A stretch of 63,603 nt of DNA, the filler included, from Pelomyxa schiedti (Eukaryota > Protista > Evosea): the NCBI GenBank assembly GCA_020536535.1. It is 6 parts of 6 records of this genome, joined end to end, with 100 filler letters (N's around TTAATTAATTAA, not from the genome) between each part and the next. Parts side by side here need not be neighbours in the genome. Positions count along the whole stretch, not along the records: positions 1 to 21,130 come from JAHLWZ010000176.1; positions 21,231 to 26,409 come from JAHLWZ010001516.1; 4 more parts are not named here. One strand, 5' to 3'. The notes beneath the pieces were generated by a model. It saw nothing but the letters and a program-made list of their open reading frames with translations, had not been told where the DNA came from and did no database searches. The position numbers were made by a program, and so were the translations under genes. Below are positions 10,366 through 21,243 of this stretch, one piece after another; positions within the stretch are counted from its first letter, which is position 1; every line of letters starts with the position of its first letter.

Positions 10366-12443
10366 CGGCTTGTCCCCTCTTCATCCCAAAAGATGGATTT
10401 GTTCCATCCTCTCCAATTCAGAGAGCAGCGGTGATATGTTCCGCTCCCAGTGGGTCTTATCACATGCTTTTCGAGAAACCACCGGAACTTCCCCCCACAG
10501 AGTTAATGAATGAACGCAAAGATTTCCTGATGTTGTTCAGTGCTCTGACAGAGACGGCCGTTGAAGAATACTCCAAGAGAGTTTTGGGAACCCTCTCTTC
10601 AAAGGATATAAACAGAGTGCTTCTCACCGAAGCGGAGTACACCCTTCAAGTTGGAAGAGAGAGATTCCAAAAACGCAGAGCAGTTGTTGTTCGCTTAAAG
10701 CGGAACGGGGAGAAGGATACAATTGACAGCGTTTTTGCACCACCGAAATCAAAAACAAACGCATCAGCCCAATCACAGCTGGCCACAGACAACAGCAAAG
10801 AACCTCAGATTGCATTCCTCTTTTCAGGCTTCGGGGGAACACACGTTCATGCCATTCGAGAGCTCTATGCTGCATTTCCCACATTCAGACGCAATTTTGA
10901 TCGTTGCTCTATTTCCATTGCCAAACTGATGGACATAGATCCAAGAACTATGCTGCAAACGGAAGAAGGGATGGACTGGAAGTCCCAACTTTTTTCCGCA
11001 CTTTTATTCAACAGCCTTCAGGTTTGTGTTGCTCTCCAGCTGATTGAGTGGGGGATTAAACCCACCATGGGAATGATTGCACACAGCCTTGGTGAATATG
11101 GAGCAGCGGTTGTTTCCGGGGTCATGACTGTTGAAGAATCCCTTTTCTTGTGCCACAAGCGATTCACTTTGCTCGCAACACTTCCCGCTGCTGCCGTTCT
11201 CTTTGTGTCGCTGTACCCAGTTCAAAAGATCAAGGAGATTATTGCATCAATTCCAAATTGCTCAATGGAGATTACTGTTATCAACAGTGAGATGCATTGC
11301 CTTGTGTGCGGAACTCCTGATGAAATCACAACCCTCCGGGCAAAGATCCATGAAGATACCGCCACTTCGGGATACTTTCTCAATGACTTCAATTCAACTC
11401 CATCACACAGTTCAAGGGCGGGCCCAATTCTGGAAACGTTTGCTGATTCCATTTTAACAAGAGTCAAGATGAACAAACCGACAATACGGTACGTATCTTG
11501 TTCCTCCTGCAAATGGGTAGACTCCACAGAAGCAACCACCCCGCAGCATTACTGCCATCACTTATCGCATCCCATCCTTTTCCCCACTGGAATGGAATGT
11601 TTGCTTCAGACTTGGAGTGAACAAGAGGCGCCACCACGCTTGGTCATCCTGGAAATCGGAACCTCCCTGGCATCTCACGTCACCCAAATCATCGGTCAGC
11701 GGAATGCCACTTGCATTCCGGCCATGCTCCACAATAAAAACAACAAACTCAACGCAGCCCAGCAGCTGTTGGCGGCTGCGGCCACTCTGTGGGAACAGGG
11801 AGCGGAGTTAGACTGGGAATCTTACCACGTTGGCACCAGGAACCTGTATAAAGTCAGCCTTCCAACCTACCCATGGGAGAGGAAGCAATGCGAACCACCC
11901 GCGGAGCCGGGTTCGGCGGCGGAAACCCTAGCGGACCAAGATAAGTCATTCCTGCAAATATTGCACTCCAAGAGCGGCAAGTCCGATCAAAGTTCCGACG
12001 AGAACGACGCGGCCAGCGGCACAGCGGAGCTATTTTCCGGCAAAGCTCAGGTGCCCAAGGAACTAGTTGCAGCGGTGATGGAATACTGGACCGCACACGC
12101 TGTTGTGACTCCGGCGGACATGCGGGAAGACAGCACATTCTTTGCCGGAGGTGCCGCCAGCATGAACGCCATGCAAATGCTTTCCTCGCTCAACAACAAG
12201 TACCACATCGTGATCCCGGGAAGGGTATTCTTTGCGGAACCCACATTCGAGCACCTCCTCACACTCATTCACCCACTTGTTCAACAACAACAACCGCAGC
12301 AACAAGTTCAACAACAGCTGTTGCGGGCGCAACAAACAACACCAACAGACCAATCAAACGAAACCAACAACAGTTCTCACACCGAACGCGTTGCGACTGC
12401 GCCGGCACCGTCATCATCAACAAACAACAACAACAACCTCTGA
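10366..12443 (+). CDS. NRPS-PKS copy 2, 3' part (end of KS, AT, ACP)
   Basis: Paralog of about 4168-6231 with substitutions and a different Q-rich tail; 3' flank differs from copy 1. Confidence 0.9.
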
Positions 12444-12591
12444 GTGTGGCACCACACCAGTGTACCAAATACGCCTAAATTTTTAGTTTTTTTAAAACAC
12501 AACATTCAAGGAAAGCAAACCTTCGTGGCCATGAAGGTTCTTTACATCATAGTTTATTATGTTGGGGTTTGTTCGGAGGTGCCTTTGGCAG

Positions 12592-12934
12592 TTACCCAGC
12601 ACGCAACCTATCGCAAGTTAAGAAGAGGTAAAATTCATCAATTTAAATTGGCGTGGTTTATTCATTTATTCATGATTAATTAAATCGGAGGAGTTAGTTC
12701 ATGATTGTGTGTTTACTACCTCACTACGAGGTGGAGTGTTGACTCCTTCTGGATGTCATAGTCAGCGATGGTGCGTCCGTCCTCGAGCTGCTTTCCCGCG
12801 AATATTATCCTCTGGTCGGCCCACAGGATGCCCAACTTGTTTTGGAGCTGTCTCTTGACCTGCTCTATCGTGTCATTGGCTTCCACGTTCACGTTCACAA
12901 CTTCTCCCTGCAACGTCTTTACGAATAGAAGCAT
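12592..12934 (-). CDS. Divergent 76-aa ubiquitin-like protein ending RLRAG, two exons
   Basis: Exon 1 12934-12720 ([10 protein letters not shown]...[12 protein letters not shown]...KESTLHLVV), GT-AG intron 12719-12608, exon 2 12607-12592 completing R-L-R-A-G-stop. Spliced length is exactly 76 aa. Confidence 0.85.
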
Positions 12935-13002
12935 ACCCCAAATTTTTTTTTTTGTTTTGGTTTTGGGGAACGTGTTGTTGTGAAAGATACCCATTCCTTC
13001 CT

Positions 13003-13106
13003 TCACAACAAGAAGGAGAAATGGGTTCCAAGCATGAATTGAGGGCCGCCACCACCAAAATGCAGGTGCAGCAACTTGGCACCGGTCTCGTTGTCGGTCA
13101 CCAGGA
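13003..13106 (-). CDS. C-terminal fragment of an orphan-family protein (gap-truncated)
   Basis: Reads [33 protein letters not shown], resembling the end of 23641-25365 (VSDERSGAHVITF...PFSFVP*). Confidence 0.55.
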
Positions 13107-13206
13107 NNNNNNNNNNNNNNNNNNNNNNNNNNNNNNNNNNNNNNNNNNNNNNNNNNNNNNNNNNNNNNNNNNNNNNNNNNNNNNNNNNNNNNNNNNNNNN
13201 NNNNNN

Positions 13207-13910
13207 TCCACAATAAAAACAACAAACTCAACGCAGCCCAGCAGCTGTTGGCGGCTGCGGCCACTCTGTGGGAACAGGGAGCGGAGTTAGACTGGGAATC
13301 TTACCACGTTGGCACCAGGAACCTGTACAAAGTCAGCCTCCCAACTTACCCATGGGAGAGAAAGCAATGCGAACCACCCGCGGAGCCGGGTTCAGCAGCG
13401 GAAACCCTAGCGGACCAAGATAAGTCATTCCTGCAGATTCTGCACTCCAAGAGCGGCAAGTCCGATCAAAGTTCCGACGAGAACGACGCGGCCAGCGGCA
13501 CAGCGGAGCTATTTTCCAGCAAAGCTCAAGTTCCCAAGGAACTAGTTGCAGCGGTGATGGAATACTGGACCGCACACGCTGTTGTGACTCCGGCGGACAT
13601 GCGGGAGGACAGCACATTCTTTGCCGGAGGTGCCGCCAGCATGAACGCCATGCAAATGCTTTCCTCGCTCAACAACAAGTACCACATCGTGATCCCGGGC
13701 AGGGCATTCTTTGCCGACCCGACATTCGAGCACCTCCTCACACTCGTTCACCCACTTGTGAACCCTCCGCAAGAACAACCGCGGCAACAAGTTCAACAAC
13801 ACCTACAAGCACAAACAGCACCAAACGAAGCCAACAACAGTCCTCCCCCCGAAGGCGTTGCAATTGCACCGGCACCATCATCATCATCACCAACAAACAA
13901 CAACCTCTGA
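13207..13910 (+). CDS. NRPS-PKS copy 3, 3' part (post-AT linker and ACP)
   Basis: LPTYPWER and FFAGGAASM; third distinct C-terminal tail and third distinct downstream flank. Confidence 0.88.
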
Positions 13911-14094
13911 GTGTGGCACTACACCATTGTACCGAATACGCCGAATTTTATATTAAATTTATTTTGAAAACAAGTGATCGTCAGGATTTCGGTGAAGTGT
14001 CGATAGATGCATAAAATAATCAACAGACCGGAACGCTGTCCTTTTCGTTGTCATCGGTGTTTTTTTATTCAGCCAGATTATGGGTGATAAATGT

Positions 14095-15498
14095 TCAGCA
14101 CAACAAGTCTTGAACGTGGAGGGCGAATGTGGACCTGTTGTGTGGACTGTCCATCTGGAAAACAACCGTGCCTGTTAATGCATCGACGACTTGCACAGCA
14201 GTCTGCCCTGTGGTGGTGCTGCACTTGAGGAACAGTCCACCACCGCTTTCGATTTGGCTGTACTTGATCCCAGTGTGGGTGGCCTGGGCCTCCTCAGATC
14301 GATTGGTGAGGTCATACACCTTGAGCACTGCAAGTGGGTATATCTCGGTATCCATGCGGAGCACACTGACGTGTGTGTCATCCACTACGGAAACAACACT
14401 CCCTAAAGGGAACTCTGTGCTCTCACCCGTCCTGGTGTCTCTTATGAAACGGCCATCGACGATGCACTCTTTCCAGTTGCCTGGGAACACAAGCCTCTTC
14501 ATTCCCTGGCTGCATTCAAGTGATTCCTTGGCGAAAACCACCTGCACAGTCCCAGTCTCAAAGCTTTTCTTCAAGTCGATCTGCATGTAATTCAGCTTGA
14601 AGGAGTGGAAGCCAATTGACAGGACATCGCCCTCCTCGCACCCCGTAGCCTGTGGGCACCTTGTGAACTGGAACACGATTACGTTGTTGAATCCATCCCT
14701 CGGCCTCAGCCTCACGGCCCTCCCGCCGGTGCAGTCCACCCTAGTCTTCCCCTTCGGCCTCATTCCTCCTTGTTGCTCACCCATCCCGCCGGGACTCACC
14801 CCCTCTTCCTCCTCATCCCGAACCACCACCACCTTCCACATCACCAGATTCCCAAGCGAGAACGCCACGACCCACCTCCCGTTTGCAATGATATTCTGGG
14901 GCAAGATGCCACTCACCAGGTCCTGCCCCGTCACCCCCTCAGGCTCCCTCATCTCTCCCACAACCCTGTCCACGCCTCGGTCTCCTCCTCCTCCACCTCC
15001 GGCCTCCTCGCCCTCGCCGCCGCTCCTCCTCCTTGTGCAGCTTTCCGTCGTGTCGACCACACATGGCTTCCCGTGCCAGGGCTTCACCACGGCCGTGGCC
15101 TCGTCGACCCACCCGACCCACGTGACCCTCCACCAGATGCTGCTCGCCACCACGTCGCACGTGGTAAGCGTCGTCGTGACGCCGCCGGTGAAGGACACGC
15201 CGAAGCACACGGGCCTGGCCCGGCTGCCGTCGCGGGAACATGCCGGCTCCATCATGATGTCCTCGAATTTCTCCGGCAGGGGCATGCGGGTGTGGATGGC
15301 GACCATCTTGGCGGTGCATGTGACCCAGCGGCGGCCGATCTCGGCAGACACGAGGGGCCCGGGGAGCCACGACGCGGGGCACGAGGAACGACCACCTGTG
15401 GTGGTTGTTGTGGTGATGGTGGTGGCGGCCACGGCTATGGCAACGAACTGATCTCGCGAATCGAGCACCACGCGTGATGTCGGACGAGATGCTTGCAT
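14095..15498 (-). CDS. Expanded orphan-family protein (N-terminal RxQxxA motif, beta-rich C-terminus)
   Basis: 467-aa intronless ORF; clear paralog of 20045-21130 (CFGVSFTGGVTT, YMQIDLKKSFETG, ESGGGLFLKC). Confidence 0.8.
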   Translation of the reverse strand: MQASRPTSRVVLDSRDQFVAIAVAATTITTTTTTGGRSSCPASWLPGPLVSAEIGRRWVTCTAKMVAIHTRMPLPEKFEDIMMEPACSRDGSRARPVCFGVSFTGGVTTTLTTCDVVASSIWWRVTWVGWVDEATAVVKPWHGKPCVVDTTESCTRRRSGGEGEEAGGGGGGDRGVDRVVGEMREPEGVTGQDLVSGILPQNIIANGRWVVAFSLGNLVMWKVVVVRDEEEEGVSPGGMGEQQGGMRPKGKTRVDCTGGRAVRLRPRDGFNNVIVFQFTRCPQATGCEEGDVLSIGFHSFKLNYMQIDLKKSFETGTVQVVFAKESLECSQGMKRLVFPGNWKECIVDGRFIRDTRTGESTEFPLGSVVSVVDDTHVSVLRMDTEIYPLAVLKVYDLTNRSEEAQATHTGIKYSQIESGGGLFLKCSTTTGQTAVQVVDALTGTVVFQMDSPHNRSTFALHVQDLLC

Positions 15499-15600
15499 TC
15501 GTGGTTGGTTAGAAACGGTTTGATCGGATGTGGGTTACTGTAACTCCATCAGTGATTCGAACCGGCCTTGTGCTAAGGCACCTCTCCAGACCAGCGGCCT

Positions 15601-16809
15601 ATGTTCCGCCGAAGACTCGGGCAACAAGAAACTCCAACGATAGCAGCAGCAGCTATCGCCACACCATCAACTTCGCCTCCAAAAACACCGACGACGGCCA
15701 GATCACAACTGATGGCCCTGCTTTGTGCCCCAGTCGTCGAATCACGAAGGGAAACGGAGGGGGAATCAACTCGCACAGCGGGTGCTGCTGTCCCACAATC
15801 CCTGATGAGGTGGGCACAATCGACGACTGCGTTCAGGGCGTGGGCTGAGGAATGGGTGCTCAGGCCCTGCGACGAGGTTGCGTTCGCACTCCCAATCAAG
15901 GAGCACTACTTGTTCGTGAGTGTGTCGCAAACCCTGGGAATAGTCAGGCACTGTTGGTTCACAACCAGCTCTGAAGTGATTGGCTGTCTGGGACACAACA
16001 GGGTTCTGCTTAAGCCCCGCAACACTTACGCACAATCTTTGATTGCGTACACGATCGCAGAAGTTGGCGACAATGACGGAGAGGCTCCAATCCCAGTTGA
16101 GATTCTGCAGCCACTCGATTGCAATCGCCTGTTTTGCAACCAGAAGTGGATGGCTGGGTTCCTCAACCATGATGAAATTGGTATTTGGAGAGTGTGTGGA
16201 GGTGTTGTAATGGAGCCTGGGCACTGTCTTGATTGGCCTGAGGTGGGGAGGCTTGATTTTCCACCCCTTTGCAATGACATCATCATGTTATTTCAGTTCT
16301 CTCCATGCAGTGAGATTGGTATGGGATGGCGTGTTACTGTATGTGACGTGCCAGCAAGCTTCAACGATGGGGATTTGGTCGCAAAGTCAAAGTTGCTGTG
16401 CAATGAATCTCTCTGCGGTGTTATCCTTGGGCCTGATGGCTATGTGTACACTTTGCACTATGACTTCAATGCAGCATTCTATTTTGTTGTGGATGAGACA
16501 ACCGGCACCAAACTTGTTAGGTTTCCACCACACTCCTGTGCAAAGACGGTTGGCAACAGTAATTTGCTCGTAAGTGATCATCGGCAATTTGCCACCTACC
16601 ACACTGGAAACCTTACCTCAGCACCGACACTTTGTGTTTGTTGCACGTGGGCATCCCCCTCACTCAGCCGCCAGTCGTGCCTCATTGCATCAACCACGTA
16701 CAATGACGTAAGTTCCAGCGAAATCACTTTTGCAGTGTATGATGCAGCCACAGGGTTCCATCACGGTGACTTCAACATTCACTTTGACCCCTCACTTTTT
16801 TTCTCTTGA
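15601..16809 (+). CDS. Expanded orphan-family protein
   Basis: 402-aa ORF; paralog of 18461-19953 (RAWAEEWVLRP, YLFVSVS.TLG, CN.KW, HTGNL, DAATGF). Confidence 0.8.
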   Translation: MFRRRLGQQETPTIAAAAIATPSTSPPKTPTTARSQLMALLCAPVVESRRETEGESTRTAGAAVPQSLMRWAQSTTAFRAWAEEWVLRPCDEVAFALPIKEHYLFVSVSQTLGIVRHCWFTTSSEVIGCLGHNRVLLKPRNTYAQSLIAYTIAEVGDNDGEAPIPVEILQPLDCNRLFCNQKWMAGFLNHDEIGIWRVCGGVVMEPGHCLDWPEVGRLDFPPLCNDIIMLFQFSPCSEIGMGWRVTVCDVPASFNDGDLVAKSKLLCNESLCGVILGPDGYVYTLHYDFNAAFYFVVDETTGTKLVRFPPHSCAKTVGNSNLLVSDHRQFATYHTGNLTSAPTLCVCCTWASPSLSRQSCLIASTTYNDVSSSEITFAVYDAATGFHHGDFNIHFDPSLFFS

Positions 16810-16830
16810 CTACAAAGAAACACAATGTGG

Positions 16831-17556
16831 CTAATCCAAAGGATGGTCTTGTTCGTTTTCAAAGTGGCCAATGATGCATTTTCCAGGAGGGTTTGTGAGT
16901 GTCTTGACCTTGTTCCCCTTCCTCGTGTAAACTGTCACTTTGGCACCAGAGAATTCACCCTCACCCACGAGGATGTGACCATCAACGTATCTCAGGCATG
17001 CCACTTCTGGTGAATAAATCGTCCACAAGGGACCGTCCCCCAAGTGTTCGAGGTTCAGAAGGCTGAAGGATTCCAGGCATCCGAGCACAAAGAGGTTATC
17101 ACTGACTGGTGCAATGCACGTTGGCCTGCTGTGCAGTATCTCGCCTATTTTCTCACCAGTGGTTGTGTCAATGAAGCAAAGGTAACCAGTATTGCTGCAC
17201 CACAGCGGAAGGACCAGCCCGGCAGCAAGGAATGACCCCGGGGAAGTCAACGTGTGCTTTTCCTCATCGGGCAGTTTCCATGTCATTCTGGTGAAGGTTG
17301 GGGACTCACCAACTTGTCCTGAAGTGATGTCGAAGCGTAGAAGTGTTGCTGCATTCTTGCCGAAACAGCAGACCGAGACTTCATTCCCTTCACTTCACAT
17401 CTTGGGTCAGGTCACAGAAAAATATGAGGGATACAGTTACGGAATGTTCTGGTCCACGTATGTCACGCTTCCCCACAATGTTCGGTGATAGTATCCAGGT
17501 GGGATTCCGTTCTCTTGAAGGAGCTCTTTCAAGCTTACTTGGTAATCAATATGCAT
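16831..17556 (-). CDS. Hypothetical protein, one intron near 17440-17393; paralog of 9135-9652
   Basis: MHIDYQV...QNIP|EGNEVSVCCF...MTWKLPDEEKH joined in frame by a GT-AG intron; start codon uncertain. Confidence 0.65.
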
Positions 17557-17697
17557 CTCTTCTGAGCTGGCACATAAGATGCTGTTGTCGAATTGTGACT
17601 GAAAAAGAAGAGGAAACAACTCACACACTATCGGGACTGATCATCACCGATTCTCAGGATCCACCTTGAACAAGTGTCTATTATTAATGGGAAGGGA

Positions 17698-18276
17698 TCA
17701 ATTCTCATGAGGAAAAACGAAAGAGAGATTCAATCTTACGCAACACACACCTGGCCTTTTCACAAGTTCCACAATCCTCCACTCCCCTTTTTCTTCCTCC
17801 TCTTGATAATTGTTGTCGTCGTTCCTCACCCTCGTGACAGCCATGATGTGCGACCTGCCGTCGTTCATTGTATTTTTCACCCAACTCCAAACCATCACAA
17901 CCGATTTCGGCCTCCCAAGGTACTCGTGCGACCAAGGCGAGTGAGCTTCCAGCATCCAAAAGATGTGCCTGGCCACATGTGACCCGCGCATCGCGTCCCT
18001 CATTCCCTGAGGGGTCCTGGCCCCGCACGTGGATCCACAGCTGCACAAAATGGCAAACACCCTCCCCCTGTTGTTGTTGCTGTGCATCAACCACTGGCCA
18101 TTGTGACCGACGCCACCCGCAATTCTCTTGCTGCGCAGGGCACTGGGATCTCTTTGTGGATGGAGGTGTGCAGTTCCTTCTGGAAAGAACGGTGGGCACT
18201 CTGGCGACGGGGGCTTGGCCGGCGGTTGGTCGTGGTCCTGTGTTACGTTTTTCTGCGACGACCCCGTTGATCCCAT
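17698..18276 (-). CDS. Hypothetical protein with possible N-myristoylation signal and the family motif
   Basis: Begins MGSTGS; internal RGRVFAILCSCGSTCGARTP...VARHIFW; 3' end may be spliced. Confidence 0.55.
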   Translation of the reverse strand: MGSTGSSQKNVTQDHDQPPAKPPSPECPPFFPEGTAHLHPQRDPSALRSKRIAGGVGHNGQWLMHSNNNRGRVFAILCSCGSTCGARTPQGMRDAMRGSHVARHIFWMLEAHSPWSHEYLGRPKSVVMVWSWVKNTMNDGRSHIMAVTRVRNDDNNYQEEEEKGEWRIVELVKRPGVCCVRLNLSFVFPHEN

Positions 18277-18460
18277 CACAAAGAGATCTTTTCTTTTATC
18301 AAGAGAGATTAGAGTTGACAACCAACGCGAACCCAATGACGGGTTTATCTATTGTCCCTTGAGATCACTACAATTAAGGGATCCCTTGGAATTCCAGATC
18401 ATCCTGAAGCTCAGGGGTATCACCTTCGTGGAAGGCCAATAATTGTTTGATCAAGTGCCG

Positions 18461-19953
18461 ATGACCACGCCAACGTTGACGGCCAAGTCACAAGCGATGG
18501 CGGTTTGTTGCGCGGCCGTCGTAGCTTTGAGGGGGACAGCAACAACGACAACAAGAAAAAGGGCAGATCCGACGCCAGGAACCCACTTCGAATCAGGTTC
18601 CCACCAACCGCGTAGTCGTGTTGGTGCTGAATGCGCCCCGTCAATGGTTGTGTGGGCACAGTCCCCGTTGTTGGTCAGGGCGTGGGCCGAGGACTGGGTG
18701 CTCAGGCCCGAGAGGGAAGCTGTGTTCGGCCTCCCAATCAGTCCCTCGCAAGGGAGGGACAGTGTGTCCAGCTACCTCTTCGTGAGNNNNNNNNNNNNNN
18801 NNNNNNNNNNNNNNNNNNNNNNNNNNNNNNNNNNNNNNNNNNNNNNNNNNNNNNNNNNNNNNNNNNNNNNNNNNNNNNNNNNNNNNCGTTGTTGGTCAGG
18901 GCGTGGGCCGAGGACTGGGTGCTCAGGCCCGAGAGGGAAGCTGTGTTCGGCCTCCCAATCAGTCCCTCGCAAGGGAGGGACAGTGTGTCCAGCTACCTCT
19001 TCGTGAGTGTGTCGCCCACGCTGGGTGTGGTCGACCACTGCTGGCTGTCATGTGGGCCGATGGAGGGCGTGTGCGGGTGCATTGGCGCGGGCAGGCTGCT
19101 GGCCACCGCGAGGCCGAAGAGGTTTTTCCATACGACGGAGAGAGACCACGTCATCGGGTACGCCAAGTCATGGAACGACGGCGAGGAGGACCCACAAGGG
19201 GGGGGGAGCAACTGCAATCGGCAGCGCTGGGGAAAGATGAGCGTGCTATCTTCGGTGACATGCAACCGAAAGTGGATTGTTGCAACAACCCCCCCGGAAG
19301 AGAGGAATATCAGAATTTGCAAGGTGGTGTGTGGCGTCCCTGTGGAGCCAAATGTGTTTGTGCCGTGCAACTCTGCTGGGGTATTGAACATTTTACTTGC
19401 ATCCTGGAGTGATGACGTCGCGATACTATTGGCTGTGCTTCCAGTGGTGGGTGCCAATGATGACGAAAAGAAAAGGGATTGCGCAATACTCGTTGACTTG
19501 GATGCCAGTTTCAACAGAAAGGAGTTGATTGTCATCTCGGTGATTGAGTGCTGCACCCACCTTCCAACTCCAACAAGAGGAATCACTTGGACTCCCGAGG
19601 GGTCCCTTCGCGTGATGCAATTCAGCTACAATGACATGTCATACTCCCTTGTCGATCCAGCCACAGGCCACACAACGTGGCACTTCGGAGTCACCGAGGA
19701 CGTGTATCCCATCGGCAAGACTCACCTGTTAGTTTGCAAACGGCAGTGCGAGTACTTCCAGGTTTTCCACACCGGAAACCTCGGCACGCCGTCGCTCTGT
19801 GTGCCATGCCACTGGGCACGGCCAAGCTCCAGGTCAGGCCTCATCCTGTCAACAACAGCACACGTCAACAGGGGGGCAGATCTCCCAAGAATAGAGTTCT
19901 CGCTCCACGATGGTGCCACTGGATTTCTCATTGGAATGTTCGCAACTCCCTGA
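18461..19953 (+). CDS. Expanded orphan-family protein (interrupted by a gap with duplicated flanks)
   Basis: Paralog of 15601-16809; about 18667-18786 is repeated after the gap. Confidence 0.8.
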
Positions 19954-20044
19954 AGTACTTTTTTTTTCACAATCCTGTTTCACAACAAAAACCAAATCAC
20001 CAAACCTCAGTATTCTGTGAACCCTGGTGCGGTAACTTATGGTT

Positions 20045-21130
20045 TTAGGAGAGGTCTTGAACATGAAGGGTGAAATTGGCCGCGTCACACCTCTTCATTT
20101 GGAAAACTACAACACCTGTGAATGCATCAACAACTTGCACTGTTGGCATGGTTGTGGTGCACTTCAGGAACAGGCCACCCCCAGATTCAGTCTCCTTGTA
20201 CTTAATCCCACTGTGTATGGCTTGAGCCTCAGAACAGCAAGATGCAGAATTCTCCAAGTTATACACCTCAAAGACTGCAAGTGGAAACACGTTGTGGTCT
20301 AAGCGGACAACACCAACATGGGTGTCGTCCACAGCATAGACAACACTCTCAGGAGGAAATTCCATGTGTTTCTCACCTGTGCTGATGTCTCTTATGAAGC
20401 TACCATCGACGATGCACTCCTTTCCTTGTTGAAGGCCTCCTGGAAACACCAACCTCTTCATTCCATGGCTGCATTCAATGGAGTTCTGGGAAAATATTAC
20501 CTGCAGAGTTCCAGTCTCAAAAGTTTTCTTCAGATCAACCTGCATGTAATCCAGCCTGCCGTTTCTGAACAGCCCAATCGACAGTACATCACCCACCTCG
20601 CTGCCCTTATCCCGTGGGCACCTCGTGAACTGCCACACACCAACATCACTGTAAGCCTTGCCTGGACCCACTCCCACAACCTTCTCGCTTTTATAGTCCA
20701 CCGTAGTCCTCCTCCTTGCTCCGCCAAAGTCATCACCCAGTGGCACCACCTTCCACATGAACAGGCTCCCATATGAGAGTGCCACCACCCACCTCCTGTT
20801 TGCAATCAAGGTTGCTGAAGCGTCGTCCCAGTCCCAACGAATCCCCAGCAGCTGAGACGTCACAACCTCCCCATTTCTCGTTGGAAGCAGCACAGCATGT
20901 GGGTTGGTGTACAGGCTCTTTTCAACTGCAGTGACGTCATCGACCCAGGCCACGCACATGACGGGCCACCCGCCCGGCACGAGGTGGCACGCCACGGGCC
21001 TCGTGGTCACGCCGCCGGTGAAGGACACCCCGAAGCACACCGCGCAGTGGGCCGCGCCCCCTGGCTCGTCGTCGTCCCGGCCGAACTCGGGGAGGCCCCC
21101 GCCGTCGCGGTCGTGGCCGGGCAGCCCGCG
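20045..21130 (-). CDS. Expanded orphan-family protein, 5' truncated at contig end
   Basis: Paralog of 14095-15498. Confidence 0.8.
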   Translation of the reverse strand, partial: RGLPGHDRDGGGLPEFGRDDDEPGGAAHCAVCFGVSFTGGVTTRPVACHLVPGGWPVMCVAWVDDVTAVEKSLYTNPHAVLLPTRNGEVVTSQLLGIRWDWDDASATLIANRRWVVALSYGSLFMWKVVPLGDDFGGARRRTTVDYKSEKVVGVGPGKAYSDVGVWQFTRCPRDKGSEVGDVLSIGLFRNGRLDYMQVDLKKTFETGTLQVIFSQNSIECSHGMKRLVFPGGLQQGKECIVDGSFIRDISTGEKHMEFPPESVVYAVDDTHVGVVRLDHNVFPLAVFEVYNLENSASCCSEAQAIHSGIKYKETESGGGLFLKCTTTMPTVQVVDAFTGVVVFQMKRCDAANFTLHVQDLS

Positions 21131-21230
21131 NNNNNNNNNNNNNNNNNNNNNNNNNNNNNNNNNNNNNNNNNNNNTTAATTAATTAANNNNNNNNNNNNNN
21201 NNNNNNNNNNNNNNNNNNNNNNNNNNNNNN
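21131..21230. other. Artificial contig-join linker (also at 26410-26509, 28080-28179, 29959-30058, 34380-34479)
   Basis: N-run, TTAATTAATTAA (stops in all six frames), N-run; identical at five sites, several of which cut through genes. Confidence 0.97.
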
Positions 21231-21243
21231 CCCTCTATCTCAC

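Noticed and set aside
12716-13264. 182-aa ORF suggesting a ubiquitin fusion or a ubiquitin truncated at R72
   Set aside because: It reads through a gap and a neighbouring gene in the wrong frame; a spliced 76-aa model fits better.
3-13910. NRPS-PKS as bacterial symbiont or contaminant DNA, or as an operon-like cluster
   Set aside because: Copies are contiguous without gaps with spliced eukaryotic genes, and no tailoring enzyme, transporter or PPTase gene is visible nearby.
14597-15477. Long antisense ORFs over GC-rich genes (also 24613-25474 and 54439-55218)
   Set aside because: Shadow frames of GC-rich coding sequence with no recognisable motifs.
21175-21186. Recurrent palindrome TTAATTAATTAA
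   Set aside because: Artificial six-frame stop linker embedded in Ns; no gene-neighbourhood inference was made across it.
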